A stretch of 64,000 nt of DNA, taken from IMG/VR virus record IMGVR_UViG_3300044726_000013, positions 15,595 through 79,594 of that record; one strand, written 5' to 3'. This stretch comes from a virus. Positions 8,780 through 17,958 of this stretch are shown here, in pieces. The notes below the pieces were generated by a model. The model did no database searches. It was not told where the DNA came from and saw only the letters and a list, made by a program, of their open reading frames with translations. How positions within the stretch are numbered: position 1 is the first letter of the stretch; the number at the start of each line of letters is the position of its first letter. The position numbers and the translations under genes are program-made.

Positions 8780-9862
8780 ATGAGGAAAATACGCGTGGCC
8801 ATTGTGGGCGTGGGCAATTGCGCCAGCGCCCTGATCCAAGGGCTGGCTTACTACGGCCAGACATCTGACAACTACCCCAAGCCCGGCATGATCACACCCT
8901 TGCTGGGCGGCTACGGCCCGGCTGACATTGAGGTGGTCACCGCCTTTGATGTGGTAGACACCAAGGTGGGGTTGCCCATCAATCAGGCCATCTGGGCGCA
9001 ACCCAACAACACCACGGCAATAGTGGATAGCGTGCCTGAGTGCGGCAAGGTCTACCGTGGCCCCACGCTTGACGGTCTGGGCAAGTACCTGCGTGAGGTG
9101 GTGGGTGAAAGCACAGTAGAGCCGATTGACGTTGAAGACACGCTGGCGCTGCTGAATGTGGATGTTCTGGTCAGCTACCTGCCGGTGGGCTCTGATCTGG
9201 CGGCCCAGCACTATGCCGGGGCGGCGCTGCGCGCCAACACAGCATTCGTGAACTGCATGCCTGCGTTCATTGCCTCTGACCCTGAATGGGCCGCTGCCTT
9301 CAAGCGGGCGGGGGTGCCCATCATTGGGGATGACATCAAGTCACAGGTGGGGGCCACCATTGTGCACCGCACGCTGGTGCAGTTGCTGCGTGAGCGCGGC
9401 TATGTGCTGAGGCGCACCAGCCAGTTGAATGTGGGCGGCAATTCTGACTTCCTCAACATGCTTGAGCGCAGCCGCCTGACCAGCAAGAAGATCAGCAAGA
9501 CGCGGGCCGTCACCAGCATCATGGGCGTGGAACTGCCTGCTGAAGACGTGCACATTGGCCCGTCTGACTATGTGCCGTGGCTGGGTGACACCAAGGTGGC
9601 GCACATCAGGCTTGAGGCTGAGGGCTTTGGTGGCGCACCGTTGACCATGGACCTGAAGCTTGAGGTGGTTGACAGCCCCAACAGCGCGGGCGTGGTGATG
9701 GACGCCATACGCTGCGCCGCCGTGGCGCAGGACCGTGGGCAGGGCGGGCCGGTGGCGGCAGCCTGCGCTTGGTACATGAAAAGCCCGCCCGAACAGTGGG
9801 ATGATAGCGTGGCCAGTGATCTGCTTGATGAATGGCTGAGAGGGGATGATCTGACATGGTGA
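8780..9862 (+). CDS. ino1: Myo-inositol-1-phosphate (inositol-3-phosphate) synthase
   Basis: IRVAIVGVGNCASALIQG, VSYLPVGS, IIGDDIKSQVGATIVHR, QLNVGGNSDFLNM, SKKISKT, HIGPSDYVPWL, EVVDSPNSAG, YMKSPP. Start at ATG 8780 after GAGG. Confidence 0.95.
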   Translation: MRKIRVAIVGVGNCASALIQGLAYYGQTSDNYPKPGMITPLLGGYGPADIEVVTAFDVVDTKVGLPINQAIWAQPNNTTAIVDSVPECGKVYRGPTLDGLGKYLREVVGESTVEPIDVEDTLALLNVDVLVSYLPVGSDLAAQHYAGAALRANTAFVNCMPAFIASDPEWAAAFKRAGVPIIGDDIKSQVGATIVHRTLVQLLRERGYVLRRTSQLNVGGNSDFLNMLERSRLTSKKISKTRAVTSIMGVELPAEDVHIGPSDYVPWLGDTKVAHIRLEAEGFGGAPLTMDLKLEVVDSPNSAGVVMDAIRCAAVAQDRGQGGPVAAACAWYMKSPPEQWDDSVASDLLDEWLRGDDLTW

Positions 9863-10902
9863 GAGAATTTTCAACTGAGCAACACCGCAAGCACTTTGCT
9901 GAGTTCTGTAGGTGGGAGTTGGCCAGCGGTGGCCCAGACCCGCAACTGGCCATGGTGGCTTATATGGCCCGCCAGCAAGAGGTGAATGAAGAGGAGCAGT
10001 TGTGGCGGGCCTTCTGCTACATTGGCCCCTACAACGTGCCCTACGGTGAAGTGCTGTGGCGGCACTGGTCATACCGCGATCTGGCTGATGACGAGAAGGG
10101 CATCATAAAGGCGGGCCTGCGCAACTGGCTTGATGCCGCTTTCAACGCTGACAAGATCACCACCCGCATTGAGCGGCGCACGGTGCGGCGGGCCGATTGG
10201 CTGCATGAGTACCTGTTGGGTGCCCGGCGCTTCATCTGGCATGACTGGCCTGAGTTGGTGGATGAGTGCCTGAGCCTTCACCCGCACCAAGCCTATGAGG
10301 TGGCATGGCAGAAGGTCACGGCGCTGCCGCGCATAGGCCGCTACGCGGCAATCAAGCTGATTGAGTACCTGAGGCGCTATCAGGGGCTGATGGTCCTCAC
10401 GCCCGATATACGGCCCAAAGACGCATGGTCACCGCGCCATACGCTGGGCTACATCTGGCCAGACCGCAACCTTGGCAACCGTGACAACAGCCCTGAGGCG
10501 CTGACGGTGGCCAGCCAAGCCTGCATTGACGCGCTGACGCTGCTGAAGCATGACTACGATGTCACCATAGACATGTTTCAGCTTCAGGTGCTGCTGTGTG
10601 AGTACCGTGAAAGCTGGGAAAAGGGCAAGCAATACCCCGGCCGCTCACTAGATAGCGAACTGGGCTACGCCCGCAAGGCTGAACTTGACTGGGCCTACAA
10701 CAGCGGCATCTGGCGCGCCCGGCGTGACCTGTTCCCGCTACAGCATCTGGGTGAGCATCAGGGCTGGGAGGGGCCGCGCAAGCCGGTGGCCGGGTGCCTG
10801 CGTGACCACGGCTACACGTGGACTGACCTGAAGTATGACTTCATCAAAACCACTGATATGGATGAGCCTGTGATGTGGAGAGGGTCTGATGGCAGCCGGT
10901 GA
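9856..10902 (+). CDS. Amino acid:DNA transferase family (aGPT-Pplase2-like, HhH fold) 5-phosphomethyluracil transferase
   Basis: GGPDP, WRAFCYIGPY, LPRIGRYAAIKLIEYL, FQLQVLLCEYR and YPGRSLD resemble AADT motifs. Sits beside the hmU kinase and thymidylate synthase homologue, and overlaps the ino1 stop. Confidence 0.7.
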   Translation: MVREFSTEQHRKHFAEFCRWELASGGPDPQLAMVAYMARQQEVNEEEQLWRAFCYIGPYNVPYGEVLWRHWSYRDLADDEKGIIKAGLRNWLDAAFNADKITTRIERRTVRRADWLHEYLLGARRFIWHDWPELVDECLSLHPHQAYEVAWQKVTALPRIGRYAAIKLIEYLRRYQGLMVLTPDIRPKDAWSPRHTLGYIWPDRNLGNRDNSPEALTVASQACIDALTLLKHDYDVTIDMFQLQVLLCEYRESWEKGKQYPGRSLDSELGYARKAELDWAYNSGIWRARRDLFPLQHLGEHQGWEGPRKPVAGCLRDHGYTWTDLKYDFIKTTDMDEPVMWRGSDGSR

Positions 10903-11083
10903 CCGGGTTGAGGGTGAGACGTTGCACACGTACCTTGGGGATGGCGTCTACGCCAGCTTTGACGGCTACCAGATATGGCTGCGGGCCGACCGCTTTGGCA
11001 TAGAGCAAGCCGTGGCCGTTGAGCCTGAGGTGATGGCCCAACTGGTGATCTACGCCGCCAAGGTCTTTGGGGAAAAGCCATGA
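10889..11083 (+). CDS. Small conserved phage protein
   Basis: YLGDGVYASFDGYQIWL motif; overlaps both neighbours. Confidence 0.7.
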   Translation: MAAGDRVEGETLHTYLGDGVYASFDGYQIWLRADRFGIEQAVAVEPEVMAQLVIYAAKVFGEKP

Positions 11084-11517
11084 TGAAAATCTACCGCGTG
11101 GCAACAGACCTGATGCTGTCTGCCCGCACCCACACCCTGACCGATGACCAGTGCGTTGATCTGGTCAACAGGCATGAACTCACCGCCATCATCAACCTGT
11201 GGCACACGCCGGATCAGCGCGTGGCCAAGATGGTTGACTGGTATGAGTGCGTGCCGCTGCCTGACGGCCAGATCAGTGAGCGCATGGCCCACTGCCTTGA
11301 AACCTTGGCAGATGACGTGGCCGCTGAGGTGCGCAGGGGCGGCAGGGTGCTGATGCATTGTTGGGGCGGGCGCAACCGCTCAGGTTTGCTGGCGGCCTTG
11401 GTGCTGACCCGGCTGGAGCGTATAACCGGCAGCCAAGCCTATGACCGCGTGCGGGCCGTGCGGCGCGGCGCGCTGGTCAACCTGCACTTTGCCAACTACC
11501 TGAAGAGGCGGCCATGA
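11080..11517 (+). CDS. Cys-based (PTP/dual-specificity family) phosphatase
   Basis: VLMHCWGGRNRSG (HCX5R loop), with an upstream PLPD acid loop. Confidence 0.9.
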   Translation: MMKIYRVATDLMLSARTHTLTDDQCVDLVNRHELTAIINLWHTPDQRVAKMVDWYECVPLPDGQISERMAHCLETLADDVAAEVRRGGRVLMHCWGGRNRSGLLAALVLTRLERITGSQAYDRVRAVRRGALVNLHFANYLKRRP

Positions 11518-11927
11518 GCATTCCTGAAAAGCTACGTCAGGCATATCATAACGATCTGACTGACGTGCCCTTGCTGCTTGAGGCGGCTGATGAAATTGAC
11601 AAGTGGGACCGGCGTTGGTGCGTGGCTGTTAAGACGATAGCTGAGCGTGATGAAACCATCGAGCGGCTGACGGCAGAGCGCAACAAGCTGGAAGACATGT
11701 GGCGTGAGCGCCCCACCGGCACCCGCAACCAGCGTGAGCGCCAGCTTACCAAGCGGTTGGAAGACGCTGAGGCATTAGCTTTCACGCTGGCAACGCAGGT
11801 CAGGGCGGCTGAGGCCGTACTGGTGACCATTGAGAGCCGGGCCAGCGGCTACACCCATGGGGATGAACGGGTTGAAGCCACGTTCAGGGGCATAGCGGAA
11901 CTTGCCCGTAAGAAGGCGGCGTCATGA
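11514..11927 (+). CDS. Hypothetical coiled-coil protein
   Basis: ATGA overlaps at both ends; LLEAADEI motif. Confidence 0.65.
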   Translation: MSIPEKLRQAYHNDLTDVPLLLEAADEIDKWDRRWCVAVKTIAERDETIERLTAERNKLEDMWRERPTGTRNQRERQLTKRLEDAEALAFTLATQVRAAEAVLVTIESRASGYTHGDERVEATFRGIAELARKKAAS

Positions 11928-12487
11928 GCATTGTTCTGATCAGGGGCACGGGCGGCAGCGGCAAGACCTACATTGCCGAGCAGGTGATCAAGGCGCTGGG
12001 CGGCCTGAGCGCGGCCACCACGTTCACCATGGGGCCCAAAGACAAGACGGCGGGCTACATCTGGCGGGCTCCCCCGGTTACCATCATGGGGCGCTACGGC
12101 AACGCCTGCGGCGGCTGTGACACCATTGGCGGCTGGCCGGGGGGTCCAGATGATATCTGCAAGCGCATTGCCGTTGAGGCGTCACTGGGCCAGAGCGTGC
12201 TGTGGGAGGGCATTGCCGTCAGCAGCTACGGCCAGAAGCGGTTGCTGCTGATGCCGGGCCTGACGGTCATTCAGCTTGACACTTCACTTGAGGAATGCGT
12301 TAAGTCAATCTATGCGCGGCGCGCGGCCAAGGGCAATGCAAAGCCGCTTGACCTGTACCACACCGAGCGTAAGCATAAGGCGCTGTTTACGACCACGCGC
12401 AGCAACGCGGCGGCGGGCATTGCCACTGAGACGCACAGCCGTGAAACTGCATTGCCGCGCGTCATGGAATTACTTGGTTTAGTTTAG
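11924..12487 (+). CDS. P-loop kinase, probable 5-hydroxymethyluracil DNA kinase
   Basis: IRGTGGSGKT, GRYGNACGGCDTI, LWEG, LDTSLEECVKSIYARR, plus genomic context. Confidence 0.8.
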   Translation: MSIVLIRGTGGSGKTYIAEQVIKALGGLSAATTFTMGPKDKTAGYIWRAPPVTIMGRYGNACGGCDTIGGWPGGPDDICKRIAVEASLGQSVLWEGIAVSSYGQKRLLLMPGLTVIQLDTSLEECVKSIYARRAAKGNAKPLDLYHTERKHKALFTTTRSNAAAGIATETHSRETALPRVMELLGLV

Positions 12488-12628
12488 GGGAGATCATTTT
12501 GAGGGCGAACGGCCAGCCCAACAACGGTAAGTCACCTCCCTATCTCCCCGGCCCAGTGCGGCTTGCTTAGAGGGTCAAGGTGATGCGGCTAGGAAAGTGC
12601 ATACCTTTTTGGTTCAGAGCGTTGAGAG

Positions 12629-12668
12629 TGGCGGCGGGGCAGGCGAACCCCCCGCCGCCATTTTATTT
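12629..12668 (+). terminator. Intrinsic terminator-like hairpin just upstream of the dUMP hydroxymethylase RBS
   Basis: TGGCGGCGGGG / CCCCGCCGCCA stem followed by TTTTATTT. Confidence 0.7.
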
Positions 12669-12682
12669 GAGGGGAGTTTCAC

Positions 12683-13738
12683 ATGTTTACTATTCACGTC
12701 AGCAACGTCAACTACGCATGGCTTGACGCCATCAAGCTTATTCAGCAGTACGGCGTGCCAGAAGACAGCCGCGCGGGGCGCGTCAGCGTGATGCCCGGCC
12801 CGGTGACCACCATCTATAACCAGCCGCGCCAGAGGGTGCTGTTTGATGCTGTGCGTGACGCCAACCCGGTGTTTCACCTGCATGAGGCGCTGTGGATGCT
12901 GGCGGGGCGCAATGACGCTACGGGGCTAGATATATTCGTCTCAGATTTCAGCGCCCGGTTTGCTGAAGAGGATGGCCGCCAGCACGGGGCCTATGGCTAC
13001 CGCTGGCGCAACCACTTCACCAACGTGCGTGACTTTGCGGGCGTTGACATGGATCAGCTTGACGTGGTGGTTGACATGCTGGCGCGTGACCCCGGCACAC
13101 GGCAGGCGGTCATTGCAATGTGGGACGCTGAGGTTGACCTTGACCAGCCGCGCCTGAAGGATAAGCCCTGCAACACCCACATCTACCTGCGCCTGCGCAT
13201 CACGCCACGCACCGCTGGGGCTAGTGCCAGTGGGCTGATGGTGCAGGCTGACCTGCGTGAACTTGACATGGCCGTGATGTGCCGCAGCAATGACATCGTG
13301 TGGGGTTGCTACGGTGCCAACGCCGTGCACTTCAGCATCTTGCAGGAGTATCTGGCAGCGCGGATGGGCGTAGAGATGGGGCGGCTGACGCAGTTCAGCT
13401 TCAACTGGCACATGTACTCTGCCACCAAGCATCTGGCTGACATCGTGGGGGCTGAGGCGGGCATCATGGGCGGCTACCCCGGCACCGTGCCGCTGGTGAC
13501 AGACCCCCGCAGCTTTGACCGTGAGGTGCGCGCCTATGTGCAAGACCCCAGCCTTGCCACGCTGGGTGAATTTGATAACGAGTTTCTGACCCGCACGGCA
13601 TGGCCCATGTACATGGCCAACATTGAGCGCAAGGCGGGCAACACGGCCACGTCTGCCCTGACGTGGGCAGAAAGCATTCAGGCACCAGATTGGCGCAAGG
13701 CCACCATGGCGTGGCTAGAAAGGAAGATAAAGAAATGA
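12683..13738 (+). CDS. Thymidylate synthase homologue, probable dUMP hydroxymethylase
   Basis: RDANPVFHLHEALWMLAGRND, HGAYGYRWR, TRQAVIAMWD, DKPCN, CRSNDIVWGCYGANAVHF, NWHMY. The Asn in GANAV indicates dUMP rather than dCMP as substrate. Confidence 0.88.
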   Translation: MFTIHVSNVNYAWLDAIKLIQQYGVPEDSRAGRVSVMPGPVTTIYNQPRQRVLFDAVRDANPVFHLHEALWMLAGRNDATGLDIFVSDFSARFAEEDGRQHGAYGYRWRNHFTNVRDFAGVDMDQLDVVVDMLARDPGTRQAVIAMWDAEVDLDQPRLKDKPCNTHIYLRLRITPRTAGASASGLMVQADLRELDMAVMCRSNDIVWGCYGANAVHFSILQEYLAARMGVEMGRLTQFSFNWHMYSATKHLADIVGAEAGIMGGYPGTVPLVTDPRSFDREVRAYVQDPSLATLGEFDNEFLTRTAWPMYMANIERKAGNTATSALTWAESIQAPDWRKATMAWLERKIKK

Positions 13739-14034
13739 GCATCTTCAGGACGGTCAGAAAGATCAAGGACTGTGACACCTGCAACGGCAGCGGCCGGGTA
13801 CTTACCGACCCCGCCAAGGGCACTGAGGGGCCGTGTGATACCTGTGGCGGCGAGGGCCGGGTAGAGGTGCTGGTCAGGGCCAACCGGGCGGCGGTGCATC
13901 AGGCTGAGGTGGCTACCAAGCAGATGAACCCCGGCCCGGCGCGCAAGGCCGCCAAAGCCCGGCTTGCCGGTGTTGAGAAGGATGGTACTGTCAGTTCTGA
14001 TGACAGTAGAGGGTTTGTGAATGAAGACGAGTGA
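13735..14034 (+). CDS. DnaJ-type zinc-finger small protein
   Basis: CDTCNGSG and CDTCGGEG. Confidence 0.7.
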   Translation: MSIFRTVRKIKDCDTCNGSGRVLTDPAKGTEGPCDTCGGEGRVEVLVRANRAAVHQAEVATKQMNPGPARKAAKARLAGVEKDGTVSSDDSRGFVNEDE

Positions 14035-14572
14035 CACTGATTTTGTGACTGACTGCCTGATGTTTGCCGGGCGCATCAAGCGATACCACTCTTGGCCGGT
14101 GATCCAAAACCAGACGGTGGGTGAGCATTGCTGGCAGGTGGCGCTGATCTACCAGCAACTTTGGGGTGACATCCCCAGCCCGGTTGAGAAGTACATCAGG
14201 CTGCATGACGTGGCTGAACTTGTGCTGGGTGACATACCGTTCCCCGCCAAGGCCAACAACCCTGACCTGAAGGCGGCCTATGACGCGGCTGAGGGCCGGG
14301 CGCTGGCTGAGTTGGGCCTGTACGTGCCCACGCTGCACCCTGACGTGCGGCTCAAGGTCAAGATTTGCGACCTGCTTGAGATGATGTGCTTTGGCATGGT
14401 TGAGCGTGAACTGGGCAACACGCTGGCCCTGCCCATCATCATACGCACGCGTGAGGCGGCGCTGAAGCTGGTCAACAAAATAGATACAGAAGGTGAGCGC
14501 AACCGAATATATGCTTGGTCTGATCAACAGATTGAGCGGCACCACGCCGCGTTGGCACAGACAGAAGATTAA
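14021..14572 (+). CDS. HD-domain 5'-deoxynucleotidase (YfbR-like)
   Basis: IKRYH...QTVGEHC...LHDVAELVLGDIPFPAK...VKICD. Confidence 0.85.
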   Translation: MKTSDTDFVTDCLMFAGRIKRYHSWPVIQNQTVGEHCWQVALIYQQLWGDIPSPVEKYIRLHDVAELVLGDIPFPAKANNPDLKAAYDAAEGRALAELGLYVPTLHPDVRLKVKICDLLEMMCFGMVERELGNTLALPIIIRTREAALKLVNKIDTEGERNRIYAWSDQQIERHHAALAQTED

Positions 14573-14581
14573 GGAGTACTA

Positions 14582-15202
14582 ATGTTGGATAAAGTCAAGA
14601 CAATACTTGAGGAGCGGCCCGGCAAGCACGGTGAGTTTGCTGAGAACAGTCACGCTACTTGGGAAATCATGCGCGCTATGCAGCATGAGCGCAACTGGCC
14701 GACCATGACCGATCAACAGAAGCACGCCGTCTACATGGTGGCGCACAAGCTGGCGCGCATTGTCTGTGGTGACCCGGCTGAGCCTGACCACTGGGATGAC
14801 ATTGCCGGGTATGCCACGCTGGTGGCTGACCGTCTGCGCAAACCCGTGGTGCCCTATGACGGCACTGACGTGTACAGCGCGCTGGCTGTGGCGTGGCACG
14901 TGCCGCGTGAAGAGGCCAAGGCCCGCGTGCAGCAGATCATGCGCCAGCAAGCTGGCCAGCGCACTGAGGCCGCCGCCACCATGGCCAAAGACCTGTCAGG
15001 CAGGCCCACCAGCGCGCTTGAGGCGTTTGGGCGGTCACAGACACTACCCAAGGCGTCAGACGCGCCCCAGCGGCCCCAGCGGCCCGGCACGGGCACGCCT
15101 GAAGACGGTGGCCACCACGCTGATGTCAGCGCTGAAGAGCTGGCTGAAGAACTGCGGCGTGAACTTGAGGCTGATCTGGGCACGCGGCAACAGGGCGTGT
15201 GA
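14582..15202 (+). CDS. DUF6378-like nucleotide-modification-associated protein
   Basis: ILEERPGKHGEF...MVAHKLARIVCGD...DHWDDIAGYATL. Confidence 0.75.
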   Translation: MLDKVKTILEERPGKHGEFAENSHATWEIMRAMQHERNWPTMTDQQKHAVYMVAHKLARIVCGDPAEPDHWDDIAGYATLVADRLRKPVVPYDGTDVYSALAVAWHVPREEAKARVQQIMRQQAGQRTEAAATMAKDLSGRPTSALEAFGRSQTLPKASDAPQRPQRPGTGTPEDGGHHADVSAEELAEELRRELEADLGTRQQGV

Positions 15203-15205
15203 GCC

Positions 15206-17206
15206 TTGGCCAAAGCCAGACGCCATCAAGAGGGTCAGCTAGGCTTGTTCAAACCCGATAGCGACTGGCAGCCACCGGCCGAGTTGCCTGACCTGAGGGG
15301 CAGGCCGGTGGTGGCCCTAGATTGTGAAACCAAAGATCAGGGCCTGATGGACAAGAAGGGCTCAGGCTGGGCGCTTCTGAGAAGCGGCACCATCTGCGGT
15401 GTCAGTTGGGCGGCGGCGGGCAGTAGCGGCTACGCGCCCATGGCGCACCCTGACACGGCAGAGCCGCTGAACGTGATTGAGTGGGTCAGCGATCTGGTCA
15501 AGAGCGGCACCAAGCTGGTATTCCACAGTGCCGCCTATGACTATGGCTGGCTGACCCGGCTTGATGCCGACATGACCGGCGCTGACATCAATGACACGCT
15601 GGCCGCCTGCGTGCTGGTTGATGAAACGGAATACAGCTACGCCCTTGATGATTGCTGCAAGCGCATAGGCTTGCCGGGCAAAGACATGACCATGCTGCTC
15701 AAGGCCGTGGAGGCGTTTGGCAGCGACCCCAAGAAGGCGCGTGAGAACATCTGGCGGCTACCGGCCAAGTATGTTGCGCCCTACGCCATAGCCGACGCCG
15801 AGCAGACGCTGGCGCTGTGGCACGCCACGCAGCCGCTGCTGATTGAACAGAACCTGATGGCCGCCTATGAGACTGAGATGGGTCTGGTGCCCATGGTGGT
15901 GGCCATGCGGCGGCGGGGGATCAGGCTTGACCTACCCCGCATTGAGGCCCTGATCAAGGCGCTGGCGGTAGAACGTGACGCGGCACTGGCTGACGTGGGT
16001 GAACTCATGGAAATGCCCCGCCCCGCCAGCATGGATGAGATACGCAGCCCCAAGAACATGGAGAAGTGGTTCACCGTCAACAAGATCACTTTTCCTTACA
16101 CGGCCAAGGCACAGCAGGGCAGCTTCACCAAAGACTGGATGGAGAAGCATGAACACCCGCTGCCGCGTGCCTGTGCGCGGGCAGAACTGTATGAAGAGGC
16201 GGCGGCCAAGTTCGTCAACAACTACCTGTTGGGCTACCAGAGCAACGGGCGCATTCACGCGGAAATTCACCAGTACCGTGACACGACCGGGGGCACCCGC
16301 AGCCACCGCTTTAGCTACTCTGAGCCGCCGCTGCAACAGATGACCAGCCCCGACAAGCCGGGGCCGCTGGGTGCCATAGGCAAGGCCATCAGGGGGTGCT
16401 TCTTGCCTGAGCCCGGTGAGCGCTGGGTGGCGCTTGATTACTCTCAGCAGGAACCCCGGCTGACCGTGCACTTTGCCAGCAAGGTGGGTGCTGAGGGCGC
16501 TGAAGCGGCGGTGCAGCGGTACATAGACAAACCCGATACCGACTATCACGCCATGGTGGCAGAGATGACCGGCAGGCCCCGACCCATAGCCAAAATCCTC
16601 AACCTTGCCATGACCTACGGCAAGGGCAAGCGCAGTCTGGCTGAGGAACTGGGCGTCAGCCTGTCAGACGCTGAGGCCATACTGGCTGACTACCACGACC
16701 GGCTGCCGTTCATCAAAAGCCTAGAGGACAAGTGCAAGAACGCCGCCAGCCAGCGCGGCTACATCAGGCTGATAGACGGGGCGCGCATGCACTACCCGCA
16801 ATGGGAGGGTGGCTACGTTGACTGGGACCGGCGCGCTGACGCTGAGCGGCGCGGCAAGGTGCTGACGCCAACTGATCTGGCCACCGCGCAAGAGCGGCAG
16901 GCCGACCCCGACCACCCGTGGTCTGGCACAAGGCTGCGGCGGGCTGACACGCGCAAGGCGCTGAACAATCTGGTGCAGGGCAGCGCGGCCCGGCAGACCA
17001 AGCGGGCCATGCTGGCCATCTGGCAAGAGGGCATCATACCCATGGTGCAGTTGCATGACGAACTTGACATCAGCACCGCTGACCGGGCAGTGGCGCTGCG
17101 GGTACAGCAGATCATGGTTGAGACGACCCCGCTGGTGGTGCCTACCATTGTGGACCTTGAGGTTGGCCCCACGTGGGGTGAAGCAAAAGAGGAGTGGCAT
17201 GCCTAA
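15206..17206 (+). CDS. polA: Family A DNA polymerase with a 3'-5' exonuclease domain
   Basis: ALDCET (ExoI), YAIADAE (ExoIII), LDYSQQEPR (motif A), AKILNLAMTYG (motif B), QLHDEL (motif C). Confidence 0.95.
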   Translation: MAKARRHQEGQLGLFKPDSDWQPPAELPDLRGRPVVALDCETKDQGLMDKKGSGWALLRSGTICGVSWAAAGSSGYAPMAHPDTAEPLNVIEWVSDLVKSGTKLVFHSAAYDYGWLTRLDADMTGADINDTLAACVLVDETEYSYALDDCCKRIGLPGKDMTMLLKAVEAFGSDPKKARENIWRLPAKYVAPYAIADAEQTLALWHATQPLLIEQNLMAAYETEMGLVPMVVAMRRRGIRLDLPRIEALIKALAVERDAALADVGELMEMPRPASMDEIRSPKNMEKWFTVNKITFPYTAKAQQGSFTKDWMEKHEHPLPRACARAELYEEAAAKFVNNYLLGYQSNGRIHAEIHQYRDTTGGTRSHRFSYSEPPLQQMTSPDKPGPLGAIGKAIRGCFLPEPGERWVALDYSQQEPRLTVHFASKVGAEGAEAAVQRYIDKPDTDYHAMVAEMTGRPRPIAKILNLAMTYGKGKRSLAEELGVSLSDAEAILADYHDRLPFIKSLEDKCKNAASQRGYIRLIDGARMHYPQWEGGYVDWDRRADAERRGKVLTPTDLATAQERQADPDHPWSGTRLRRADTRKALNNLVQGSAARQTKRAMLAIWQEGIIPMVQLHDELDISTADRAVALRVQQIMVETTPLVVPTIVDLEVGPTWGEAKEEWHA

Positions 17207-17456
17207 GCATGTATTTCATTCACGCTGCCCGTGGTGTGAGGCGGTCAACACCCGCGCCAGCAACGCCGTGCCCGGTGAGGCCGTAGCACCCACTGACGGG
17301 GATGCTTCACTGTGCTTCTACTGTGGGGAATGGGCCATCTTTGATGGTGACCGACAGCGCAAGCCTACCGCTGCTGAGTTCATTGAGATTGGTGAAGACC
17401 CAGACTGCCAGAAGCTACGGGCAGCGTGGGCGCACCTTGAGGGTGGGCGGGGGTAA
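17199..17456 (+). CDS. Small zinc-finger protein
   Basis: CPWC...CFYCG; GAGGAG RBS. Confidence 0.65.
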   Translation: MPKHVFHSRCPWCEAVNTRASNAVPGEAVAPTDGDASLCFYCGEWAIFDGDRQRKPTAAEFIEIGEDPDCQKLRAAWAHLEGGRG

Positions 17457-17507
17457 AGGGATGCTATGATGCGGCATGTGAAACAACGCTGAAGGAGCAA
17501 CAATCAC

Positions 17508-17780
17508 ATGGCCGCTACCGTTACTGCCATCACCGCCCGGCGCGGGCTGCATGTCTCACTGGATGAACTGGTGGGCTTTGAGGGGGTCAAGCTGTTGGCC
17601 AAGCTGATCCAGCAGCACGTCAGAAAGCAGCACAGCACGGTCAAGGATTTGGCCCGTGCCGCCAACCTGACGCCCACCACGGTGTCACGCATCATGAGCC
17701 GGGAGACACGCAGCCCGCGCATGCTGACGTGCATCATGTTATTCAAGGCTCTGGGCTTCACCGCAGTGAGGTTTGAGTGA
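17508..17780 (+). CDS. XRE-type helix-turn-helix protein
   Basis: TVKDLARAANLTPTTVSRIMS...PRMLT; AAGGAG RBS. Confidence 0.75.
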   Translation: MAATVTAITARRGLHVSLDELVGFEGVKLLAKLIQQHVRKQHSTVKDLARAANLTPTTVSRIMSRETRSPRMLTCIMLFKALGFTAVRFE

Positions 17781-17958
17781 TGCCAGAAATGATGGCGATG
17801 CCAGAGGTGGAATTTCAACTGCGCCAGAACATAGCCACGCTTGAGGCCATGGTCACGCAGCTACGGGATGAGAACGCATGGCTGCGTGAACAGGTGGCCA
17901 AGGTGCTTGAGGAATTGATGGCTCACGTAGCTACGGGATGAGCAGTGAGGTTTGAATA

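Noticed and set aside
8780-9862. ino1 as host contamination or a simple auxiliary metabolic gene
   Set aside because: It shares the phage's CGA/TCG-poor codon style, overlaps the transferase gene, and has no neighbouring lipid, mycothiol or compatible-solute genes. A metabolic role is not excluded but is less parsimonious.
12550-12625. Possible tRNA in the intergenic gap
   Set aside because: I could not build a cloverleaf or find a proper T-loop with a matching acceptor stem.
12683-13738. Canonical ThyA or dCMP hydroxymethylase
   Set aside because: The RDANP/GANAVH motifs and the neighbouring hmU kinase and transferase fit a dUMP hydroxymethylase, and the specificity residue is Asn, not Asp.
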